NCBI GenBank assembly: GCA_010015805.1
Contig: ML978122.1
Coordinates: 3,134,453-3,198,452, forward strand
Source of the DNA: Rhizodiscina lignyota
Lineage: Eukaryota
Reading direction: 5' to 3'
DNA length: 64,000 bases
The position numbers were made by a program, and so were the translations under genes. Position 1 is the first letter of the stretch. Each line of letters opens with the position of its first letter. Under the pieces are notes generated by a model. It was given only the letters and a program-made list of their open reading frames with translations, did not search any database and was not told where the DNA came from. Shown here piece after piece: positions 26,957-38,600 of the stretch.

Positions 26957-28758
26957 TCACAGTTCCTCAATTCTCCCAAGAAGCCACTGCATATGCCTAT
27001 AACTGCTCCTCGGCTGGAACTGTGGCTGCATATGCCCCGACTGATATGTCTCCACAAACATCAAGCCCCTCTCATAATGGTGAATGCCCATAATTCCCTG
27101 ACCACCAGGCCCATCAAATCCATCTCCATTGGCATCGACCAATCCGCTATCAATTATGACTTGTCCGTACTGCAAATCGGGAAGCTTGATATCAGTTGGC
27201 GTGGAAGGCTCTTCTTGGAAACCAAATTTCCCATTCCACGTCATGTTTTGTATAGCAAGCAAAGTGCCCTTTGTGAGGATCTCCATGTCGTAGTCGCCGT
27301 TGCCGACAACTACGCGGTTCGTCGCTTCAATGACCTTTGGAAGGATCTTCTGGATGGGGTCGAGACTAAGATCGCCAACTCCGTACACTCCGCCGTCACC
27401 CTTGAAGACGGGGCCGCCGCACTCTGACCAACTCACATTCAAGGGAGCGTGCATGGCTTTCTTCACGTCAGTGCGATTGAAATATATGCCGCCGGAGCCA
27501 GGCCATGTGTATTGGATGTCGCTTGGAAAGCCGAGCGGGTCGAAGAGGAGCGGGCACATCGAGCTGATCTCGTATACGTTGAAGCAGGGGTTCGGTCTGT
27601 ACGCTTCCTCGTATACCAAATTCCACAGGTCGCAGTTATCAACGCCTGGGCCAGTGACGTTGTTGAAGCCCCCATCCAGGGGCGGCTGAACAGCTGTGGG
27701 AGGATATGTGAGAAAATAGTCCGTGTAATTGGCGTAGCCGCAGTATTCGTGGGCCGACTTGAGATAATCCATAAAGGTCTCATTGAAATTGAAGAAAAGT
27801 GAGTGCTCTTCCACGAAGGGCACGATCGGAATGGTCTGCTGCTGATACTCGTACTGCCCAATGACGGGATCGTACATCAGTGCTCCCTTGACGTCAAAAT
27901 GGTCCGTGTCTTTAGAGTCGAGCATCGCTGCCGAGACGTACGGCACATAGCGACCCGCATATGATTCTCCGGTGACGTATATCTTGAACTTGGAGATGCC
28001 AAAGATTTCTTGGAAGTTCTTGAAAAATCCAAGAAAGTCTTGGGCAGTTTCCTCTTCGCTTGTAGCTGTTACTGCACCCTCGCTGAAGCCAAGTCCGATT
28101 GGATACTCCACCCTGAGATACTTATCAGCACAAGCGACTGAAAAGGATCCAGAGCGCTTAAACTTACCAAAGAACATTGGTCAAGTTGACCCAGGTGTAT
28201 GCGTTCTCCTGGGCTCGGTACATGCCCCAAGACCAAATGAACCTCCCTATTTCACGTCAACAATGGCATCTATAGGTTGTGGTTCATCTTACCATTCTCC
28301 TGCAAGAAGGCTTCCAAGGAGCTGCAGCCTGGACCGCCATTAAACCAGATTGTGACTTCATCAACCGGCTCGCCGATGGTTGGCTCGAATACGAAAAAGA
28401 ACGACCGCGAAGGGTCGCTCTTGTCTACCGGAATGGTGCCAGAGTACATTTCTCCAAGGTCGTATGGGATCTCCGGAAGCCCATCGACAAAGTATTCTAG
28501 TCCAAGGATGAGAAACGAGTTGCCACCGTGCAGATTTCACGAAAAGATCTGCTTACTCTTGCTGTCATCGTTGTAGAATCTGAACGATTTCTTTGCCCGC
28601 GGTTCAAGCTGCTGTCGCTTTGAGGCCGTCATTCTGGACCTCCTCTCTCGGACGTCCTGCGCTCTCTTGCCCATTGTCTCCCTCGTGGAAACAAAGGAGC
28701 CATGGAGCGCCAGGAGGCAGGCCAAAATGGCCACGAAGGTATACAATCGACGCAGCAT
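26957..28758 (-). CDS. Secreted serine carboxypeptidase (family S10)
   Basis: Signal peptide MLRRLYTFVAILACLLAL; WFNGGPGCSS, EYPIGLGFS, GESYAG (catalytic Ser), NGDYD, GHMQP (catalytic His). Confidence 0.93.
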
Positions 28759-29958
28759 ATTCACAATTGACGCGAGACGAGGATGAGAGAAGGAGGAAAA
28801 CAACGCGTCCAGAAATTTGGAATGCGGGGAAAGCTGCTGCAAGGCACTTCTTTGAAGCTGTCGGCCTGTCCCGCCTTCCTTCAGACGATCGAACGGGACG
28901 AGGTAGAACGTACCTACCGTATCTGTGGCCCAAGCTGCAGGACTTCAGCTCAAAGCGGAGAAAGAGAGGACTCCATTGGCGCGCTCGATGAAGCGAGGCC
29001 AAAGTGCTTCTGGTTTACGAGCTTGGAGTCGAAGTCACGAACCATCTGACGTCGTTCCAGGCCGGCGAGGCCGAACTCCTACTGATAGGCGCAACACTTT
29101 GCGTCATTTTGCGATTGATTAGGTACCTAAAGCTCCCACCTGCCGCTAGTTGGAGTTGGCGTTCACGGCACAGATGGGGTAATGCTTGATAGTGGCGTCT
29201 TCGATCGTTATGCCGTGGCTTCGAGAAGTCGTGCAACGTTCCTCATTGACCCAATGGCCAAGGTACAACTGACTAAAGTTAGTCTGTGTTCAATTTAACC
29301 ATATAAACGAACGAGTAGCAAACCTTATCACTCTCAGTAAGATGACAGTGGGCCAGCGATGATATTTCATCTTGGGAGCTCAGAGATCTTGAGATTCCGT
29401 TATCCTCGTTGATGGATTCAGTCTTGGCTGCAAGAGGCAGGAGGTCGCGCAAGGTTGCATGGATCCGGCATCTTGTATACGATAGCCTGATAACAAGAAT
29501 CCTTTCTCCTGTTCAACGTTCCATAAGCAGGCCTCGGGAGGATTCCGTCCCTGGTCGCCCTGTGCAAGGTTAACGACATTCGAGGTGTTCTCTGACCTGC
29601 ATTTTAACCAACGACCAGTGTGCCGGATACATGCGGAATAACTTCACGGCGTTACATCAGAGCCTCTAAAGAAAACATTATTTGTCGCAACGAAATATGT
29701 ACTTTAATTCATGGTCGAAATTTACCCGCGTTCCTTTTTAAACACACAAACTGTCTCCAGGTATATCTGCGATGATTCGTGAAGAGCCGCAAATGCAAAA
29801 GATCGAAAGGATGGTGAACACGCAACACGAGACATGAGTGCAGGAAATTTCGATGCTAAATTCTGCAAGCTCAACGACATCCCTCAGATGCATTTTTCAT
29901 TTGGTTTTCTGAAAAACTCAAGCCAATGCCATTCATACAAGCATACCGGCGGTACAAT

Positions 29959-32139
29959 TCATCTCGATCGTAAAATAGATCCAATATCGTCCCAACTCCA
30001 GTCCTGGAACTGGCCATCGCCTTCATCCATGAAGGACAGGTGATTCCAGAACTGCGGATCTTGATCTCGTGCGGCGAGAGCGTCTTCCGAGGAGAGCGCG
30101 TCGCTGGGGGTGGGTTGTTGGGGAAGTTGCATCGGCACCACGTACGTATTCCCCGCAAATGAAACGGTTGGCTGGTCTTGCTGGTCCCCTGGAGTGAGTG
30201 GCACTGCTCCAAGTCCGTATTGGGTATGACTTCGATCACTATTGTGGCTCTCTGAGCTTGAGATGAGATCATTCGCTGTTAAGTTGATTTCTCCAACAAT
30301 TGTAGCCATCTTCTGCATCGTCTCTGGCATTTTGGGATTCTGCAGCTGTCTTTCCGCGAGTGCTGCAAGGTCCGCAAGAAGTTGCTGTGAGTTCCTTGCA
30401 TGCTCCAGTGCAATCAACTTGATGCGGATGTCAAGTACCAGAACCATTGCGGCAGTAACGGCCAGGAAACAATCGAACCATGTCACTGCATTGAATTTGC
30501 CGACGACGTCCAGCTTTTGCAAGAGTTTGGCCAGGGACCGCCCTGCGTCGATACAAGTTTCGGAAAAGGATACGAAAGATTGCGAAGTCGGATCTCTACC
30601 ACCCTTCGTCACGATCGTAGCGCGTCGAAGGAGCGCAGTGCGTGATATGACAATCAGGATATAGTAGAACTGCATGTGCAATAAGAGAAGGGGTCTCTGA
30701 GCGGCTGGCGCGAGCGAACTTGTTACTTCGAGCTGAAGATGATGCGGCAGTCCCTCTTTCCATTTGTCAAGGTCTCTTAAAATGGTTGCTGCTGGAGAAA
30801 GTGGCTTGCTGTAAGAGTCTTCGGAAGCAGACCCAGATGCTATCGGAGCTAATGCTCTGCAAGCTGATCCTAAAATGCGAACCAGTTTCTGAGACCACTT
30901 CGTGAACTCGGGAGGACAGTGTCCGGTCACTCCAACAATCCTTTCATTTGGGCAGCTTACTGAGCTGATGGACTGTGCGATTGCGCTTGGGCGGTCATAT
31001 GAAGAGACTTGCATCTGTTCAAACGCGTACAAAGTCCACCAGAGCTGTTTTCTCAGCTCCCTTCCAAGTGGACTCTGTACGTGCTTTAGATCGTCCCGGT
31101 GGAGTCCGATAGCGTATGCCACTCGTACAGCAGTCCCAGTTAGATTCCAGCACGCGTCTCGATGGTTTGTGTTGTGCAAGTGCAATGCTGCAAGCATGAG
31201 AGCTTGCACAGTGTAGACAGTTGAGCTGAATACCACAGTTGGCAGTAGTAAATGCACATGCCGAAACCATTTCTTTTCGTAGTCCTCTGAGAGTTCGATT
31301 GGAATTGGAGCCACACGCTGTGCCAGAATGAGAACACAGAGCAATCCACAGAGCCAGACCGGGTCTGCCGGAGTCGAAGAAGCAGACCAGATCTCATAAG
31401 CCTCCCGAAATGATGCTTCATGAAGAATCGGGAAGTCTGGATGAACTATATCGAAGTAGGAGTCCAGAAGTGATTCCATCAAGACCGGATCAATCTCCTT
31501 TACCGCCTCTGAAGGCGAGTCACAGTGATCCTGTATGTTGCTAATCGCTCGCTGGCTGTATGGGACGTAGCCTTCCCCTGACTTCGGATAGTTTTTGGCG
31601 AATATTTGATCTGCCGCGTTTCTCCCAAACATGGCAAATTCAAGTGTGGAATAATTGCCTATCATCTTCCTCAGATTGAGATGGAACAAGAATGAGCTAG
31701 ATGGCCCAATCCATTGAACTTGACCTTGCTGGTCAGGCACCAGTGGTATTGTATCTGGATCATCTTGCTTGTTTGGTGGGCTGGGCTGTGCACTCTCGAC
31801 CTCGTTGGCGCCAACGTCCTCGATGACAGGCAGAGCAATACCGAGCGATTTTCCTAGTTGTTGCATCTCATCGTTACTGGATATATCTGCATCCGGTAAC
31901 AGCCCTTTCACAAGCGATTCTAGGAGAGTAATCCTGCTGCCCAGGCCCTCGACAGTCCCATAGACTCTCTTCTTTCTAGGGGCGGTTGTTGTACAAGTGA
32001 TTCCGTGGAGCTCGCAATATCGACATTGCTCCCGACCAAGTTGACGATCGCATTTCTGCTTTCGAATCTTGCACTTGTCACAGCTGGTTTCAGTCCGTTT
32101 TCGTTTGTCCAGGGGCACACGCCGACTGGCGGGATCCAT
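29959..32139 (-). CDS. Zn(II)2Cys6 transcription factor with fungal-specific TF domain
   Basis: 726 aa intronless ORF: SCDKCKIRKQKC...CRYCELHGITC; AVRVAYAIGLHRD; RKQLWWTLY. Confidence 0.93.
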   Translation of the reverse strand: MDPASRRVPLDKRKRTETSCDKCKIRKQKCDRQLGREQCRYCELHGITCTTTAPRKKRVYGTVEGLGSRITLLESLVKGLLPDADISSNDEMQQLGKSLGIALPVIEDVGANEVESAQPSPPNKQDDPDTIPLVPDQQGQVQWIGPSSSFLFHLNLRKMIGNYSTLEFAMFGRNAADQIFAKNYPKSGEGYVPYSQRAISNIQDHCDSPSEAVKEIDPVLMESLLDSYFDIVHPDFPILHEASFREAYEIWSASSTPADPVWLCGLLCVLILAQRVAPIPIELSEDYEKKWFRHVHLLLPTVVFSSTVYTVQALMLAALHLHNTNHRDACWNLTGTAVRVAYAIGLHRDDLKHVQSPLGRELRKQLWWTLYAFEQMQVSSYDRPSAIAQSISSVSCPNERIVGVTGHCPPEFTKWSQKLVRILGSACRALAPIASGSASEDSYSKPLSPAATILRDLDKWKEGLPHHLQLEVTSSLAPAAQRPLLLLHMQFYYILIVISRTALLRRATIVTKGGRDPTSQSFVSFSETCIDAGRSLAKLLQKLDVVGKFNAVTWFDCFLAVTAAMVLVLDIRIKLIALEHARNSQQLLADLAALAERQLQNPKMPETMQKMATIVGEINLTANDLISSSESHNSDRSHTQYGLGAVPLTPGDQQDQPTVSFAGNTYVVPMQLPQQPTPSDALSSEDALAARDQDPQFWNHLSFMDEGDGQFQDWSWDDIGSILRSR

Positions 32140-32647
32140 CCGAGGGAAAGCAGACAGCAGCGTGAGTGGTGGCGGTCGTCGTCAAGCACCCAACGCTTCT
32201 CACCATGGATTCAGGCATCCCAATACAAAACGAGAGGAGGTGAAGAGGATATCGTTCTCGGAGCTGGATTTTGAAGTTACATTTTTCAATTTGCAGGGAT
32301 GTGCCTGGAGTTACGGAGTACCGTTGTATAGCACTAGCGAGGCCGAAAATCGGCTAGGCCGTTTTCAGCAAAGCTCCGCGGCTGGGAGAAAATTTTGATG
32401 AGTGGCAAGACAGCTTCACTAATGTAATATTTCAAAGAATGCCTCTCTCACACGATTACGCTACCTTGGCTCATTCAAGAGAGTTATGCCATATTCATCT
32501 GTCCGGGACCGTTCACCGCCAGGAGACAGTAGAAGTGAGATAGGGGTATCTTCTATTTTTCGAATTCGTAGATAGAGGAAAAATTTAAGCCGCAGGTTTG
32601 GTTAAGGAGCGTCGATACGCAAGCGCTTTTTGATACTCTATCTCTAA

Positions 32648-34599
32648 CTACAGTCTACTGCCGATTTCTGCGCTGCTGTCAAATTCGTATTCCTTAATGA
32701 GCTTCTCTGAAGCTATTTCTCCGATAACGTAAGCTGTCGATTGAGTGTGGTTACTATTCTCTAATCAGCTTGCCTCTCATCGAATACCCATCTGTAGTCC
32801 TCATGGTCTCTGTCAAATACGACATACCTTGGAACGAACGGCGTCACGCTCATGTCAATTATCCGGAGAGCTTCGAGGCCGAAGACACGGAAATCGGAGT
32901 CGACACACGCGTCGTCGCTCGAGACACCCATTTTCGCAGTACACGACATGTGCCACGATGATCCGACATTGTTTCTCACGTGTTCCTGGAGAGTTTAGCT
33001 CGACAGTCTCGGGGAGATTTCGGTCGTCCAAGGAATGCGCTTACCCATATCTCTTCATCAGAGTCGCCTTCCGGCCCATAAAATCGAAGCGTATCTTGAG
33101 CATACACAGGTGCTTTGAGCAGTTTTCTCAGCTCTCGGATACCCTCGATCATCACACGGCGATCGAAAGGATGCGTCAGGAATTGTGGATCGATGATTGG
33201 CTTCTCAGTCAGATCCGTGGATTGCAATGTGACCGTACCACGACTCTGCGGGTTGTCAAGGAAACACAGAGCGCCAATCCAGGTCTCATTTTCATCAGGA
33301 GCAATGTCGATGAATGATGGTGGTGTATGCGCGTTGCGCTGTCAATTATCAGCCCAATTATACGCAAGAGAAGGCAGACTCACGGTGCACACTTCAACAT
33401 TCGGCTCGGTTGGTGCTTGCAGGAACTGCTTGGCTGCCAATGGAAGGGCCTGGTACTCTTCCGAGGCCAGCGCGCGAGGGAGCTTAAAGAAACCCATCGG
33501 GCTCGGAGCTTGAGGCGGTTTGTGGTACTGGGTACTCAGATCACGCTTTCGGGCGATAGCCATCTGGGAAGTGCAATGATCCATGAGGTTCTTTCCGACC
33601 ATTGGAAGTTCGTGGAATACTGGAATTCCATGCTTGTTCAGTTCTTCAGATGGTCCGATCCCTGACAAGAGTAGGATTTGAGGGGTATTCAAAGCACCAG
33701 CTGAGATGATGACTTCTTTCCGTGCTTGGAATTTTCGGCCGTCGGTGGTGATGATGCCTGTGGCTCGTTTGCCGTCGAGTAAAATCTTCGCTACGAAGGC
33801 ATTTGTACCGATGGTGAGGTTTGGTGGCGGCGTGGGGAGATACGTGCTCGTGGAAGTCAATCGCTGCCCTTTGTAGATGCATGTCGTTCCCATACCCAGG
33901 CCGATCGGATCACCATTATTGACATCTGGGTTTATTCTCCAGCCGATTTGCTCGGCGGCAGTGTAAACCTTGTCAATGTCCGGCATCCATTCACGATTGT
34001 AGGTTATGTCCACCTTGCCGGATGTACTGTGATCTGCATTATTCCGTCAATCACGCCGTCGTGCAGTCTAAAGAGCGTTACTTAGCTACCCCTAATATCT
34101 GGATGAATATATTTTGTCATAGATAGAACTGGAAGTTCAGGATGCAGTTTGACGATCTTGTCAAGATTTCTCTTCGCATTCAACCAATTGAAGCTCTCAT
34201 CTTGTACGAGCCTCGCCCATTCATCATAATCGTCTCTTGGTCCCGTGAGCCATCCGCAGAAATTGATTGCTGTGCTACCTCCTAGACCTTTCCCACGAGA
34301 ATAATCTATTTGCTGCCCGGCCAAATGCGTTTGTGGGGCAGTTTTGTAACCCCAGTTGAGCGGTGAATTTGGACTGAACGCGATGGTGAATCTGGCATCT
34401 GCGTTCATATATTCCGTGGAATCATTGGGTCCGCCAGCTTCAAGAAGAAGAACTGAGGGCTTTGCTGGGGTTTCGGCGAGACGTGCGGCAACGACAGCAC
34501 CAGAGCAGCCCGCTTATCAAGCTTGGTGTTAGCACCTGCTGTGGCAAAAACGGATGCGAGACAGATACCTCCCACTATAATGAAGTCGTAGGATTCCAT
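32648..34599 (-). CDS. GMC (glucose-methanol-choline) oxidoreductase, intracellular, with C-terminal PTS1
   Basis: MESYDFIIVG|..., RGKGLGGSTAIN, EVIISAGALNTPQILLLSGIG, VGKNLMDH, SRGTVTL, WHMSCT, LRIIDMS, PSNHTQ. Ends IGSRL*. No signal peptide. Confidence 0.92.
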
Positions 34600-35656
34600 C
34601 TCTAAAGATACTACATAGAAATAAAGATGTTGAATTTGCAAAACAGAGCTCAAAATGGCCTGCTTCCCCTCCCATAAATACGCGGATATGTTACAAATCC
34701 GCGTGGTCCGGCAATTGATCGTCAGTGGCCGCAAGATGATGTCTTTAAAGTAGCCATTCTTTTGTCCAGCTCAATGTCTTACACTGACAGACATAAGCTC
34801 TAGTTCAGCGAAGTCAGAGTAACGATGCTGAAAAACGTCGAGAGCGGTCTGAGATTGATTATATTATTATGCGATTCTGGATAGGGCGAATCTCCCCGAA
34901 AACTGGGGCACGTCAATTACTACTCTCCTTCGGGATCCGTCAAGTCATAGTGACAGTCTATCGGAGTTATCACTATCCACGAATCTACTAGCTTACTTGC
35001 GGTCGAACAGTGATGCTACTTTTCAATTTGCCTCCAGAGCGAGATCTCATGTTCCCGTGGAAACTGTATAGTAAGCAGAGCTTGCGAAGTTGACTTCGCA
35101 AGTGCTGCAGGTGGCGGTTTGGGACTTTGAGCATTTACAAGGCGATAGCATAAGTCCAGATAAAACGAGTGCTGTTTTCATCGGACACGTCGCCCACAGC
35201 CGTAGGCCACATGCGGCTACGGCCGTAGAATTAACCTGTTAGGCTGCTCGTGCGAGTAAAGTCAAACGGATCGGACACTCGCAAATGGCGAAATTAGGGC
35301 AAGTCCAGCGATAATAGTACATTTCGATTAGCTTCCTGAGCTACGGCTCTAATTCGATATGCAACACACATGTGTGTACTGAGCTTTCAAAGCCTAGGAG
35401 CGCCCGATGAGAGACAAGAGGATCTCAAATGCAGACCAAAATGCAAAATGGAGACGGTCGCCTCGAAAAAGAAACCGCAGATCGCCATCCCCTGCGCCCA
35501 TACATGATTATAAGAAGACGCCGCCCATGCAAGTTAATGCTCGCTTGTCAAATGTGGACTTTTGTTGTTCTGCGTTTCTTGCGCATTTCCATCGATAGGA
35601 AGGAAAATCGTACTGGGATTCTTGCCTTCCGTTGTACACTGTAAAACCCAAAATTG

Positions 35657-38600
35657 TCAAGGCTCGCCGCTCTTCGGCCCTTGCAAATACATATCCGGCA
35701 CCTTTGGAACCTTTGGACTTCTGATGGCCTCTCGAATTGCCCTGACATCCCTTGCGTCAGCGCTACCTCCCGTCAGTCTACGGATACCGGAGCGGAATCC
35801 TGATCGAGCTTGTTGAGCCGCAGGCTTAAGAACATTTTCCAGAGTAGGAAACGCGCCGGACTTGTCGATTGCAGAGTTGCTCGTATGTGAGCGTGTCAAA
35901 GTAGGCACGGGAGCTTCGTCATCGGAGACCGTGCCGTCGGTAAAATTTGCATCAGGAGACGACAGCTCTATACTAGTACCAGGGGGTGTCCGCTGATTCA
36001 AAGCTGGAGATGTAATGGAACGTGAATGCATGCCCGGACGGAAAGCTGGTTGATTGATTGTCGGAACTGTGCTTGGGCTGGAGAGAACATTGAACGCTCC
36101 AGGAGTCATAATATTACCGTCGCGAGAGGGTGACTTGTTGTCAGTAAAGCCATTCTGGAAAGAAGTAACACTCGTATTCCGAGCGAGGGATTTGTGGAGT
36201 AGAGGGAAGGTCTGTTGGTCGTAGATGTCCTCTCGTGGCTCCATCGGCTCGTGGGGAAACTCGGACTCGACGGGGCTGGGCGCAAGGCCTTGCATCTCTC
36301 CAGGGACGCTCCCAAAATTATCTTCGTCGAAGAAGTCATCCAAGCTATCCAGTTTAGCCATGATGTCATTCAGTTGTCCAGTTTTGCTGGACTCGTCCGA
36401 GATGGTTGATGTGGCGCGGTATTCGGGGAAGTAGCCCCCGTGAGGATCCTCTGACACTAGTTCGATCTTTGGAGTGTCTTCTGGAGGAGCCGCAGTTGTA
36501 CCGCTCGCGCATGTGTAGTAGACGGCATGGACATTGTTCCGGGTCGTGGTCGACTGGTTTGCAGGGATGGGAATTGCCCAGCCAGACTCGTGCGGAATGC
36601 CATACAAGCTTATAGTCTTTTCGTACTCCTTGCGAGTTGCACGAGACGAGTGCGAGCCAGCCATGCTCATTCTCATATGATGTTTGTCCATTGGTGTCGT
36701 CGCCATGTTCATGACATTGTCGAGTACCTGCAAAGCCTGAGGGCAAAACTCAGTTTGTAGAAGTCTGAGGAGTGGCGAGATCAGATCCGGGCCCTTCGAA
36801 GCGATATCCGGGTTTTGCATATCGATTTCTGGAATGACAACGCAGAGCACCTGCATAGTCTTGATCTTAAACCATGGTGTAGAGTTGGTCAATAAGCTCA
36901 AGAGAAAGATGAGGCTCTGATACTCTTGGTCCTGGAAAATCCATTCCCGGAAAGAGGCAACAGCCTGTGCAAGGAAGTCGTTCTCAGATCGATATCGAAC
37001 ACCAGCGAATGCCTTCAGGACCTGCGCCATCCTTATGCGACCCTGCTTCTCTGCGACATTCGCTAGAGTTTCCGCTGATGCGAGCACGCTCCGATCCTTG
37101 TGCTCGTGGTCAAATGAGTGAAGGTAGCGTGGAAGGTTAGCAAGCACGGTGAAGGCCAGGCGATCATCATCGCCGACGAGACTACTCGTCGGAAGGACGA
37201 CCAGCTTCTCTAGAAGCATGAGAGACTTGTCCATGGATACGCTTGATCGCACTCCTTTGTAGATGAACGATGAGAGGCCTTCAAAATGTCCATCCCATGT
37301 CAAAGGACGGTTCTCCTCGAGGCGTTGAATAATTGGCGGCGCACCGAGGTCAAGCTTATCTAGGACAACTTCCAGCATTGCCAAGCTCTCCGTGAACTCT
37401 TGCTCATGTGTCGTGTTCAAGCATGCGCATGTTGTCCAAAACAGTTGGGGATACTGGATCAAGTCACCTGGAGGTAAGAGGTCGATAATGGTCCTCAGCG
37501 TGGAGAGAATTTCCATGGAGAAGGTCAGGATCTCCGTCTCGTCAGCAGCAATGGTGTTAGAAAGTCTTGCAAGCATATCGCAGAGCATGTTCGGCTCAAG
37601 AGAGCTGAAGATGCTACGATAAAGTTGGAATGACCTGCAAGCAAGATGGCGGACTGAACACGTGGTGGCCCAAGCGAGCGAAGTCTTTGCCCACTCTTCT
37701 CTAATTCCAGGATAACTGGTTGAGAAGATTTGGACAACCTGTTCGGCGACAAATCTCATTTGTTCTGGAACACGAAGGCCGGATTCCTTGTTGTTGCTGT
37801 CGTTGTAATCGTCATAACCCCAGACGACCTGGCCGTCACCACGGCGCACCGAATCGATGAAGCCCTCGATGTACTGCTTATTTGGGCGACTAGCTGCGGG
37901 GGTGTTGTCATCGATTTTGGATAAGATCAGCTCGTGTATGAGATGCACAAGCATCTCCCTTGCCTGCTCTTGGACAAGTCCGGTGTAGTTGTCCCATAGA
38001 ATCAACACGACTTGAAGTAACAAAGTCACATTGCTGGGTGGAAGTTGGACTGGAGCGACCATGAGGTCCACGAGTAGAATGAGGCTGAGCTGGCCCAGGG
38101 AGAAGCCGTGGCTCTTGTTTCCGACCGGCAACACCTGGTTCAGGTCTGCAAAATAAGGGAGCGTAATGGCCTCAGGAGGTAGCACGAACGGGTCCTTGTT
38201 CTCGAAAACCATTGCTTTCGGCTCGATTTGCATAAGGAGGAACTCCACAACTTTCGATCCTGCTGGCGTGCCCGAAAGGTATACAACAATCTGTCTGGAG
38301 TAGTCAACAAAGTTTTGTTCTTTCTTCTCCAGGCACAGATTTATGATGAAGTCGAGAATCAAGCGCACATTCCCAGCATGCGGTCCAGTCGCGAGAGCTT
38401 GCCACAGAGCCTGTATCTCATTGTGGAGAACCGTTCCGCACCGAACAGTTATCTCAAAGAGATTCACAAGGAGCATGTATGTTGTAGATGTCGGTTCACC
38501 ACTTGGTTCAACTTGTAATTCGATCGCCTGAATCCAAGGGAGCATAGCCGCGACAAGGTTCCGTTGGTGGTCCGGCTGAAGGTCTTTGAAGTAGCGCGAA

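Noticed and set aside
19895..34599. Full secondary-metabolite biosynthetic cluster
   Set aside because: No PKS, NRPS, terpene synthase or DMATS backbone gene is present in the window.
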